Part shown: in pieces, positions 12,950 through 24,500 of the stretch
Numbering within the stretch: the stretch's first letter is position 1
Layout: every line of letters begins with the position of its first letter
NCBI RefSeq assembly: GCF_046119375.1
Contig: NW_027362771.1
Location: 404,736,001 to 404,800,000, forward strand
DNA length: 64,000 nucleotides
From: Phyllobates terribilis
Lineage: Eukaryota
Direction of reading: 5' to 3'
The notes under the pieces: model-generated
What the model was told of the DNA's origin: nothing
What the model saw: only the letters and a program-made list of their open reading frames with translations
The model's database searches: none
Made by a program: the position numbers and the translations under genes

Positions 12950-13545
12950 CCTATACTGTCATTGCATATGCAGTGACTGCAAGGGTTGCCAAAAAATTTT
13001 GAGGTACTCCAATGCCCCTTGCAAGAGAAGTGGAGGTCAGAGAGCCTCCGAAAAACAATATTCCCATTATTAGGAAGTGGGTCTTCCATAGCGTTTGCCT
13101 ATGCATTGAAGGAATGGTTGCCAAAAATTTGGAGGCACTCCAATGCCCCTTGGAAGAGACGTAGAGGGCGTCATGAAAAAATGTTCCCATTATTAGGAAG
13201 TGGGTTTCCCATAATGTTTGCCTATGCAGTGAAGCAACGGTTGCCAAAAATTTGGAGGGACTCCAATGCCCCTTGCAAGAGACATAGAGGTCGGAGAGCC
13301 TCCTAAAAACAATGTTCCCATTTTTAGGAAGTGAGTCTGTTATAGTGTTTGCCTATGCAGTGAATGCAATAGCTGTCAAAAATTTGGAGGAACTCCAATG
13401 CCCCTTGGAAAAGATAAAGAGGTCGGAGAGCCTCCTAAAAATAATGTTCCCATTATTAGGAATTGGGTGTCCCATAGTGTTTGCCTATGCAGTGAATGCA
13501 AAAGATGCCAAAAATTTGGAGGAACTCCAATGCCCCTTGTAAGAT
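12950..13545 (-). repeat. About 130-bp tandem repeat (about 4.5 units) in the hAT 3' arm
   Basis: CCAATGCCCCTTG recurs at 13009, 13140, 13263, 13395 and 13527. Confidence 0.9.
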
Positions 13546-13715
13546 ACGTAGAGGAGATGATATTTTAGATATGGTTGTGAATGATAAGGTGATGGAGGAT
13601 GAGGAGAAAGAAGAGGACAAGAGCAAATAGACAAAATGAGGAAGCTTATACCCATGTGTAGGTGTGAAGAGATGCATGGGAATAGACCTCCCCAAAAAAG
13701 ACACTGGATTTGAGT

Positions 13716-16700
13716 TTATGTTACCCTGCTATCATTCGGTGGTGTTGAGAAGTCTGGCTCAATCCAGCCCTTGTTTATTTTTCTAAGAGTCAGCCTGTCA
13801 GCAATTTCAGTTGCTTATCAGTTATAATTCCACCAGTGGCACTAATAACCCGCTCTGACAAAATGCTAGCGGCAGGGCAGGCCAGGACCTCCAAGGTGTA
13901 GAGAGCCAGTTCATGCCACGTGTCTAGCTTGGATACCCAATAATTATAAGGCACAGAGGAATCACGGAGGACGTTGGTACGGTCGGAAAGGTACTCCCTC
14001 ACCTTCTTCCCAAACTTTGCACTCCTTGTGAGAGTACCCTGCGCCTCAGGGCCTGCAAGATGGGAGGGTCTCAGAAAACTGTCCCAGAACTTTGACAGTG
14101 TTCCCCAGCCTCTGCTGGATTGTAGTTGTGTCTCTCTCTCCTTTACTCCCTGGTTGTCCAATGAACTGTGGCCTCTGCCACCAGTGTTTTCAGATGGGAA
14201 TTTTTTTAATATTTCCATAACAAGGGCCTTATGTTTTTGCCCCATTTTAGTAGACCTGTCTACCTCGGGAATAAGAGATAGAAAGTTCTCCATGAAGCAA
14301 GGGTATAGAAGTGTCACCTACCAGTAATGACTGACACCCAAAATTTGGACAACGCGAGGGTCATGGGAAAGGCAGTGTAACATAAACTCAGCCATGTGTG
14401 CCAGACTGCTAACAGGCAAAACTTCCGTGCCCTCACCAAGAGGACAACTGATCATGCTCCCCTCCTCCTACTCCTCCTCCCTGTCCTCAGGCGATCCACG
14501 CTGAACAGACGGTATGACAATTTTGCAGGTAGTAGAGTCTATAGCGCCTGAAACTAGCTCCTCCTCCTCTTCCTCATTGTCACCAAATCCACGTCGGGAT
14601 GAGATGAGGCTGGGCTGTGTGTAATCACCCTGTATGGTTCCTTGCGCCATCTCATTGTGCTCCTGTTATGATCTGCTACAGGGACTAAGGAAAGACAGGA
14701 GAACTGTCCCTACAATAGAACTAAACTAGAGCCCTACGATGTAACGGGGAACCTGATCCTGCGATCAGACCCGCTAAAGTCCTCGGCTAGTCTGTACGAA
14801 GACCTATAGATGTGAGGGAGGGATCCCTACAAGAACTAGGGACTGGGATAAGTTGGACACCTCCTAGCAGAAATAGTAGCAGTCAAAGACAAACACACAA
14901 CAAAAAGCACAGAGGTCAGAAGACCTAGCAAAACTAACAGAGAACGGCAACAGAGCACCAAGCTAGCTCAAGAGTAGTAAATACAATGAAGTCCAGCAAG
15001 ACCAGGAGGGCGGAGCCGGATTAAATAGGCAAAAATGGTCATGTGACCAGCAAACTAAAAAAAAAACTAAGGAGAGTTCAAACAGCTCCGCCTGCAATGC
15101 ATTCTCTTTGATTGTGAGCAGAGAGTGTTTCAGAAGACAGAGAAGCGGGATGGTGATGCTAATTATGGCGTCATCGCCACTCATCATCTTGGTGGAGTCT
15201 TCAAAGATTTGGAGGATGGTACATATGTCTGACATCCATGTCCACTCCTGAGGTCTTTTGTGTGGAGTCTGAACTGAATACCGACGGCCTTGTTGATGCT
15301 GGTACTCAACAATTGCCCTCTTTTGCTCACAAATTCTTCCCCAAATCTGCAATGTAGAGTTCCAACGTGTGGTGACATCACACACTAGTCGGTGTGCCGC
15401 AAGCAGCTGAAACACGGCAAAGGCGGCGGAAGCTGTAGGTGACTTTCTAACATGGGCACACAGGTGGCGTACCTTGACAGGCAGATCCGGCAGCTCAGGG
15501 TAGGTTTTGAGAAATCGCTAAACCGCAAGATAAAGCACATGGGCCAGGCATGGTACGTGTGTGAGCTCGCCACGCCTCAGAACCGCCACCAGGTTCCAGG
15601 CCATTGTCACACACGACCATGCCTGGCTGTAGGTTCAGCAGTGTGAGCCACAGATCTGCCTGCTATTTCGGAGCTGTCCACAACTCTTCAGTGTTGTGTG
15701 GTTTGTCACCTAAGCATATTAGCTTCAGCATAGCCTGTTGCCGCTTGGCCGAGGCAGTGCTGCAGTGCTTCCAGCTTGCGATTGATGTGGTCATTTTGGA
15801 GATGGATAGAGAAGAGGAGGAGGAGGTGCAGGTGCTGTAGAATGTGGGGGTAACCCTGAGTGACCTAGGGCCTGCAATCTTCGGCGTCGGGAGGACGTGT
15901 TCCAGTCTCAAGGTCCGACTGGGTCCTGGCTTCCACTATGTTAACCCAGTGTGCCGTCAGTGAGATGTACCATCCCTGCCCACAAGCACTTGTCCACATG
16001 TCCGTGGTTATCTGGAGTTTCCCAGTAACTGCCTTGTTGAGGGCACGGCTAATGTTGTGGGACACATGTTCGTGTAATGCGGGGAAGGCACATAGGGAGA
16101 AATAGTGGCGACAGGGGACCGAGTACCGATGGACGGTCACCGCCATCAGGTTGTGGAAAGCTTCCGTCTCCGCGAGCCTTAAAGGCAAAATTTCAAGCGG
16201 AAGCAGTCGCAAATTGTGGTAGTTTAGTAGTGTGGCCTGCAGGGAGTTGGCTGTGTATGTGCGCTTGCGTTCCAAGTATTGGTGTAGGGACAACTGAACT
16301 CTACGCTGGGAAAAGGACGTGGACATGCTTGCTGATGGTGCTACTTGAGAGTGTGCAATGACAGGTGCAGGACAGGGGGCATCTTCGCATGCCCCATGGA
16401 CAGATAATTGGCTTGCACGCACAACAGCGGAAGAAGCAGTGGTACCACCCACAGACACTGTTCCTGGCCCCATGGTGTTTGGCCGACTTAGTCAGGTGCT
16501 TTGCTGCCATGTGCCTGATCATGCTGGTGGTGGTCAGGCTGGTAGTTTTGCTACCCCTGCTGATGCTGGCCTTGCAGATGGTGCAAATGGCCTTTTTGGA
16601 GATTTTTGGCAGAGACTTTAAAAACAACTAGACTCGGGAAGACCTAACAGTTGTACTGGCAACTTCCGCTGTGTTGATGTTACGGGGAACGGTTGCCCGC

Positions 16701-17418
16701 CTTCTGTCTGCGGCTACCACACTGCTTCTTCCTGCCTGCTTTGGTGCTCTGCCTCCCTCCCTCTGTGTGCTGCTGTGCTCGCTTTCTATGTTCCCCTGCC
16801 AGGTTGGGTCAGATACTATATCATTCACCACCTCGTCTTCCACTTCAGCACCCTGGTCCTCCCTTTGACTTTCTGGCAATTGTGTCTCATCATCGTCCAC
16901 CTCTTGTGACAGTTTCCCGCCGTAAGCCTTCGTGTGACTGTAGCTGCTCAAATATTTGGGCATCGCTACATGCGATCTCCTCTTGCCCCACTTCAAGTTG
17001 ACCGGGCGAGAGGCCCGAATCTATAAATGGAAAAGTGAACAGCTCTTCGGAGTGTCCAAGTGTGGGATCAGTTGTCTCCGGGCACTCGGCATGGTGGGAG
17101 GACAAAGGATCAGGGTGAGGAATATGCGGTCCAGACTCACGGCTACTGAGACTTGACCGTGTGGAAGACACGATGGTGGTGGTGGTGGCTAAGTGACTGG
17201 AAGCATTATCTGCTATCTAACCAATAACATTTTTACACTGCTTTGTGTTCAATAGTGATGTTCTGAGGTCCTCTATCACTTGTGATGGGTAGGTCGAGGG
17301 AGAAGATGTGGGTGTTTGCTGTGCACAATTTCAGCTAACCAAGGCCTTGGCCTCGGCCTCTGCATGCACCGTCACCATCATGTCCACTTCCCCTTCCCTT
17401 GCCATGCGTCCTGCCCAT
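13716..17418 (-). pseudogene. hAT transposase pseudogene, interrupted by a solo LTR
   Basis: Fragments carry a BED finger (16301..16627), ITTDMWT, CDVTTRWNST and the C-terminal dimerisation region YNYWVSKLDTW...SILSERVISA. Many frameshifts. Confidence 0.93.
14664..15084 (-). mobile_element. Solo LTR of the Gypsy family at 21560-26548
   Basis: TG...CA termini, close match to 21560-21982, 5-bp TSD GCTCC at 14659-14663 and 15085-15089. Confidence 0.96.
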
Positions 17419-17469
17419 TTTAAACGGAGGGCAATATTTTACACGTTCACTACAAATGGCTGGATTTGA

Positions 17470-17820
17470 ACCGCAGTGATATACGTGTGATGGAAAACCA
17501 CAGTGTTAATTAGCTGGCCTGTAGGTAACTATTATTAACAGCGACCTCGTGTCAATAACTTTGCTGACACACTGCAACAAAATCTCAATGGAGCTCAGAA
17601 ATGACAGAATTTTCAGCGCACTTATATGTGATCCGTGTGACGGACAAACCACAATTTTAAATAGCTGGCCTGTGGGTAACTATTTTTAACAGCGACCTTG
17701 TGTCAATAACTTCGCTGACACACTGCAACAAAATCTCAATGGAGGCCAGAAATGACAGAATTTTCAGCGCACTTATATGTGATCCGTGTCACGGACAAAC
17801 CACAGTTTTAAATAGATAGA
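17470..17820 (-). repeat. 151-bp tandem repeat in the hAT copy 2 5' arm
   Basis: CACTTATATGTGATCCGTG recurs at about 17619 and 17770, with a partial third unit. Confidence 0.85.
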
Positions 17821-18128
17821 TTTTTAGCGCTGTAATATGGAAAGGATCTGGCTGTATTCTGCGGTGCCAACAAGCAACTGGAGCAGAAAATCTGTGTTCT
17901 CTGGATTGCTTTTTAAGCAAATAATCAGGATTAAGCTCCAAAAAAATATTATTCCTGGCCCATGATTCCTGGTGCTATTTCTAGAAATATTTGTAAAAGT
18001 ACCAGAAGCAGACAGAACTGGAATGGACCCTCTTGCTATATGCACTGCAGTCTGCCACATACACTGCCTGCCTGCCTAGCACTGTTATCTATGCAGCTGG
18101 ATTAGCCGAGATGGATATGTGAATAATA

Positions 18129-19691
18129 CACTGCTCAAAAAAATAAATGGAACACTCAAATAACACATCCTAGATCTGAATGAATGAAATATTCTCATTG
18201 AATACTTTGTTCTGTACAAAGTTGAATGTGCTGACAACAAAATCACACAAAAATCATCAATGGAAATCAAATTTATTAACCAATTGAGGCCTGGATTTGG
18301 AGACACACCCAAAATTAAAGTGGAAAAACACACTACAGGCTTATCCAACTTTGATGTAATGTCCTTAAAATAAGTCAAAATGAGGCTCAGTATTGTGTGT
18401 GGCCTCCACGTGCCTGTATGACCTCCCTACAATGCCTGGGCATGCTCTTGATGAGGTTGCGGATGGTCTACTGTGGGATCTCCTCCCAGACCTGGACTAA
18501 AGCATCCGCCAACTCCTGAACAGTCTGTAGTGCAATGTGACGTTGGTGGATGGAGCGAGACATGATGTCCCAGATGTGCTCAATCAGATTCAGGTCTGGG
18601 GAATGAGCAGGCCAATCCATAGCTTCAATGACTTCATCTTGCAGGAACTGCTGACACACTCCAGCCACTTGAGGTCTGGCATTGTCCTGCATTGGGAGGA
18701 ACCCAGGGCCAACCGCACCAGCATATGGTCTCACAAGGGGTCTGAGGATCTCATCTCAATACCTAATGGCAGTCAAGCTACCTCTGGCGAGAATATGGAG
18801 GGCTGTGTGGCCCTCCAAAGAAATGCCACCCCACACCATTACTGACCCACTGCCAAATCGGTCATACTGATGGATGTTGCAGGCAGCAGATCACTCTCCA
18901 CGGCGTCTCCAGACTCTGTCACGTCTGTCACATGTGTTCAGTGTGAACCAGCTTTCATCTGTGAAGAGCACAAGGCGCCAGTGGCGACTTTGCCAATCCT
19001 GGTGTTCTGTGGCAAATGCCAAGCGTCCTGCACGGTGTTGAGCACAACCACCATCTGTGGACGTCGGGCCCTCATACCGCCCTCATGGAGTCGGTTTCTA
19101 ACCGTTTGTGCAGACACATGCACATTTGTGGCCTGCTAGAGGTTATTTTGCAGGGCTCTGTCAGTGCTCCTCCTGTTCCTCCTTGCACAAAGGCGGAGGT
19201 AACGGTCCTGCTGCTGGGTTTTTGCCCTTCTATGGCCCCCTCCATCTGGGACATCATGTCTCGCTCCATCCACCAACGTCACATTGCACCACAGACTGTC
19301 CAGGAGTTGGCAGATGCTTTAGTCCAGGTATGGGAGGAGATCCCACAGGAGACCATCCGCAACCTCATCAGGAGCATGCCCAGGCATTGTGGGGAGGTCA
19401 TACAGGCACGTGGAGGCCACACACAATACTGAGTCTCATTTTTACTTGTTTTAAGGACATTACATCAAAGTTGGGTCAGCCTGTAGTGTGTTTTTCCACT
19501 TTAATTTTGGGAGTGACTCCAAATCCAGGCTTCCATTGGTTAATAAATTTGATTTCCATTGATGATTTTTGTGTGATTTTTGTTGTCCGCACATTCAACT
19601 TCGTACAGAACAAAGTATTCAATGATAATATTTCATTCATTCAGATGTAGGATGTGTTATTTGAGTGTTCCCTTTATTTTTTTGAGGAGTG
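18129..19691 (-). mobile_element. Non-autonomous fold-back Tc1 (DD34E, DNARP type) with about 448-bp inverted arms
   Basis: TA flanks. Ends CACTGCTCAAAAAAATAAATGGAACAC. Arms 18129-18576 and 19243-19691 both include the transposase C-terminal coding region. QDNARP...PDLNLIE gives 34-residue spacing. The N-terminus is absent. Confidence 0.93.
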
Positions 19692-20292
19692 TATATGTTG
19701 GTATAGCTACACTAACTAAAAAACAAGCAAATCTCTCCCTACACTTCCGGATTCCGGAGTAGACTGTGACGAGCATAGAGGCGCCAGGTCTGATATAAAC
19801 CTGATGATGCTGTGCGGCCAGCCAACCACTGTAATGCCATAACCAACATGGCTGCAGCATTACAGTGTGTGGCAGACAATCCCTGCATGTTCATTGCGCT
19901 CTAAAGAGCGCCAAACATGTAGGGAGGGGACCCGAGCTCCCGCCGAGCAACCCCGGAAATACTCGGCGAGTGCCAAGCATCTAGAGCAGTGAGATGTTCG
20001 GGCAAGCACCGAGCAGTAGTGAGCATGCTCGCTCATCACTAAACCTAATTGATATAATAGGGGCCCAAATTCTGCAATGGCAAAAGCTTATAACGAGACT
20101 GTCATCTAAGGCTCGTTGATGTGTTTCACATCTCTAAGGTTTTTGAAATTGTGGCAAATGGAGCAGTACCCCATGACTGAGAGTGAAAAGATTGCTTTAG
20201 CTAGCTGCATAAAGTAGACATGTTTATAAGGGTATGCTCACACTGGCATAGATTCTCTCATGCAAGAGAATCTTACAGATTATGATAATGAC

Positions 20293-20600
20293 TAGGGATG
20301 TGCAAACGAGTTAGGTGATACTTGGATATCACTCGAATATCTGGGTGCTTGGAAGTGCTCAGCACTCGATGACTATTGGCTGGTGCTTGGATTTAAAGCT
20401 TGAAGCCCCGTCCCACATGTTTGCCGCCTGTTACACAGCCAATAAACATGCAGGGATTGCCTGCCAGTCACTGTAATCCTGTAGCCATCTTTGTACTGCC
20501 ATTACTGTGATTGGCTGATCGCATTACCTCATGAGATGTCATAGAAGGACAGGCGCCGCCAAGCTCGTCACACTGACATCATTGCACAAGTCAGGGACAG
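20293..20600 (+). mobile_element. Degenerate hAT-A-related 5' end fragment
   Basis: TAGGGATGTGC start. CAGCCAATAAACATGCAGGGATTGCCTGCCAGTCACTGTAAT matches the 5' arm at about 27185-27270. Confidence 0.55.
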
Positions 20601-21209
20601 TTCTTATTGGATGGAAAGGGTGGTTGTCCAGGCCTCTGTGTGCACAGTTTAATGAATCAGAGTCCTCTAGTGTTGATACTGGTTCTGATGCTGAACCATC
20701 ATACTAACAGTTCTTCTAACGGCTAATCTTGTGGTTTGCTGTTTGTATCCTATATATTCTGCCTTTATCCTAGGGAGGGACATTTGCAGAATACAGCCTT
20801 TAGGCAGGGCTTAGAGCTTTGCAGTTCATTGCTAAAAATATATCTGCTGCCCATGACCACATTCTATTTTTGGGGTGAAAAAATGTACTATATTGTCATT
20901 CATATTACTTTCTTTGTGCTACATTTCAGTGGTATATAACACTTCAAAACTAGCACTGAATTTTTTTTCTGGATTGAATTACTGCAGGGTGTAACCTAGA
21001 TTACAAGAGAGTCAAGGGAGCGCTATCTAAGCATAATATTAGATTACATCATTGGTAGGAAATGAAAGATTTTGCTCACCTTATATTGTTGTACATAAAG
21101 CCATAACTCTAGAATAATTTGTATTCCGTATAAATCATTTTTAGTGGTCTGCTGTCACCTTGTTAAACCATGGAGGGTCCTTCAAGAGGTTCCAATGTAA
21201 TAAAAATGT

Positions 21210-21395
21210 TTTTTAGAAAAAATACAAGAAATTGGCGCTTCCACTCTGTTTCCAGGATTCTTCAATATGTCCTTCAATATTGAAGGCTGACCCAGCGGAA
21301 ATTAGTTGTGTTTTTATCTTTGCATTTTAATAAACTGTATTGAAGAATCCTGGAAACAGAGTGGAAGTGACAATTTCTTATATTTTTTCTAAAAA
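21210..21395. repeat. Fold-back hairpin: 58-bp arms, 70-bp loop
   Basis: 21210-21267 is an imperfect reverse complement of 21338-21395. The loop has GGCTG-ACC-CAGCG-GAAATTAGTT and AATAAA. Confidence 0.88.
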
Positions 21396-21559
21396 TTATC
21401 TGGATTGAATAAGTAATCCATACAGTGCTAAGTGCTTAGTGGACAGCAAAGCAACAAAGATGGCAGAATCCCGCGAGACTCCCAAGGGAGCGACAGCGGA
21501 GGCAGCAGGAACCTGTGGTCCTTAACTGGCCACTTTCCCAGGACCACTAAGGTTTGAAC

Positions 21560-24500
21560 TGTTATGATCTGCTACAGAGACTAAGGAAAGACAGGAGATC
21601 TGTCCCTACAATAGAACTAAACTAGATCCCTACGATGTAACGGGGAACCTGATCCTGCGATCAGACCCGCTAAAGTCCTCGGCTAGTCTGTACGAAGACC
21701 TATAGATGTGAGGGAGGAATCCCTACAAGAACTAGGGACTGGGAAAAGTTGGACACCTCCTAGCAGAAATCGTAGCAGTCAAAGACAAACACACAACAAA
21801 AAGTAAAGAGGTCAGAAGACCTAGCAAAACTAACAGAGAACGGCAACAGAGCACCAAGCTAGCTCAACAGTAGTAAATACAAATGAAGTCCAGCAATGCC
21901 AGGAGGGCGGAGCCGGATTAAATAGGCAAAACTGGTCATGTGACCAGCAAACTAAAAAAAACCTAACAGGAGAGTTGTAACAGTACCACCTCTTCTAAGA
22001 GGATCCTCCGGATCCCCTAGGCCCAGGCTTACCAGGAAACCTCCTGTGAAATGCTCGGACAAGTCTGGAAGCAGAAACATCATCCGCCCTCACCCATGAG
22101 TTATCCTCAGGTCCGAAACCCTTCCAAGCGACGAGATACTGCAAACTCCCTCTATACCGTCTAGAATTTAGGATGCGGGAAATTTCATATTCCCCGTCCT
22201 CCACCACCGGAGGAACAGTGGCAGAGGCGTCACCATCCGACACATCAGCTTTTTTCAACAGAGAAACATGAAACACCGGATTAATCCTCCAGGACGTAGG
22301 AACCTCCAGCCTAACAGCAGATTGGTTAACTATCTGAAGCACCTTAAAGGGCCCTACGAACTTGGGACCCAATTTTTTAGAAGGAATCCTCAATCGCAGA
22401 TTCTTAGAGGACAACCAAACCATGTCACCAACAGCAAACAAAACCTCTTGCCGTTTCCTATCAAAGTACCTCTTAGATTTTTTGTTAGCCTCCTGAAGAT
22501 TACCACGCACATCCGTCCAAACTCTCTCCAAATCACCGGAAAAACTCTCCTCCTCAGGCACAGCCGAAACCAATTTGGAGAATGACCCAAAAGACGGATG
22601 TCTCCCAGAACAACAAAAAAAAGGCGAACACCCAGCAGAAGAGGATGTATGGTTGTTAAGAGCAAATTCAGCAAGTGGCAGAAACTCAGATCACCCCTCT
22701 TGATTGTCTGCCACAAAACAACGCAAGAACTGCTCAACATCCTGGTTCTTCCTTTCTGTCTGGCCATTAGACTCAGGATGATATCCGGATGAAAACGACA
22801 AATGGACTCCCAACCTGTCACAAAAGGCACGCCAAAAACGAGCCACGAACTGAGGTCCCCTATCAGAAACAATGTCAGTAGGAGCACCATGTAGTCTGAC
22901 AATCTCCTTGACAAAGGCCTTAGCGAGTGTCTTAGCGCAAGGCAGTTTGATAAAGGGAACCAAGTGACACATCTTGCTAAAACGGTCCACGACCACCCAG
23001 ATGACCGTGAAACCTTCAGAGGGAGGAAGGTCAGTAATAAAGTCCATAGCCAGATGTGTCCAAGGTGCACTAGGAACCTCCAGAGGGCAAAGCAACCCTG
23101 CAGCAGGAGCATGCGAAGACTTGGATCTAGCACACACAGTACATTGGCGCACCCACTTAATGACTTCCTTCTGCCATCCAGGCCACCAAAAACTGCGACC
23201 CACAAGTCTCTTGGTCTCAGAAATTCCAGGATGACCTGCCAACCGAGACTCATGACACTCAACAAACAAATCTCTCCTAAAGGTCCTAGGCACAAACAAC
23301 CTCCCATGGGGAGTGTTAGATGGGGCATTCTCCTGTGCTTTAAGAATCTCATCCTCCAAAACGGAGTCCAAAGCAGCAATCACAACACCTTCTTGTAAAA
23401 TGGTCTCCTCTTCCTCCTCAACACCGACCATGGGAGAAAAGCTGCGAGACAAAGCATCCGCTTTAACATTCTTGGTACCCGGGATGTAAGTAACGGAAAA
23501 ATTAAACCGCGAGAAAAAAAGTGCCCACCTAGACTGACGGGCATTCAAGCGCTTGGCAGCATCAAGATAGATCAGATTTTTATGATCAGTGAAAACCTGA
23601 ATGGGAAAATCAGCACCTTCCAAGAGGTGACGCCAGTGTTCAAATGCGAGTTTAATCGCCAGCAATTCCCGATTACCAATATCGTAATTAAGTTCAGTCT
23701 CGGAAAATTTTTTAGAAAAAAAGGTACAGGGATGTACTCCATCCTTGTCCTGAGACAACACCGCACCAACCCCCACCGAAGAAGCATCAACCTCAACCAA
23801 AAACGGCTTAGTCACATCAGGCTGCATAAGGATGGGAGCAGAGGTGAACCTCTCCTTTAAAAACACAAAAGCTTCAATGGCCTCAGAAGTCCACTGAACC
23901 GCATTAGCACCTTTCCTGGTGAGATCGGTCAGCGGTTTGACAATAATAGAACATTTTTTTATGAATTTTCTGTAATAATTGGCGAAACCAAAAAACCTCT
24001 GTATCGATTTCAAACCAATAGGCCTAGGCCATTCCTGTACAGCCTGAACCTTCACCGGGTCCATCTCAAAACCTTCACTGGAGATAATGTAGCCCAAAAA
24101 ACTAATTCTCTGTACAGCGAACTCACATTTCTCCAGCTTAGCAAAAAGCGAATTGTCCATTAATAACTGTAATACCTCACGTACGCTCCGCCAATGAGAC
24201 TCCAGATCAGGCGAATAAATCAAAATGTCATCCAAATACACAACCACATTTTTGCCGATTAAAGGTCTAAGGATATCATTAATAAGATTCTGAAAAAATG
24301 CTGGAGCATTGGTGAGACCAAAAGGCATAATCAAATTCTCAAAATGACCCACAGGAGTGTTAAAAGCAGTCTTCCATTCATCACCCTCCTTCATGCGCAA
24401 CAAATTGTTTGCCCCCCGGAGATCAATTTTAGAGAACCACTTGGCCCCCACTAACTGGTTAAATAAATCAGGAATCAATGGCAGTGGGTAAGGATTGCGT

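Larger units (their letters stand above)
12219..20041 (-). mobile_element. hAT family A copy 2: complete ends, contains a solo LTR and a Tc1 insertion
   Basis: TIRs TAGTGAATGGCGAG (12219) and GCTCGCTCATCACTA (ending 20041). Perfect 8-bp TSD AACCTAAT at 12211-12218 and 20042-20049. Confidence 0.96.

Noticed and set aside
22390-23379. 329-aa alternative-frame ORF, and similar overlapping ORFs throughout the hAT and Gypsy elements
   Set aside because: Shadow frames of transposon coding sequence with no recognisable domain.
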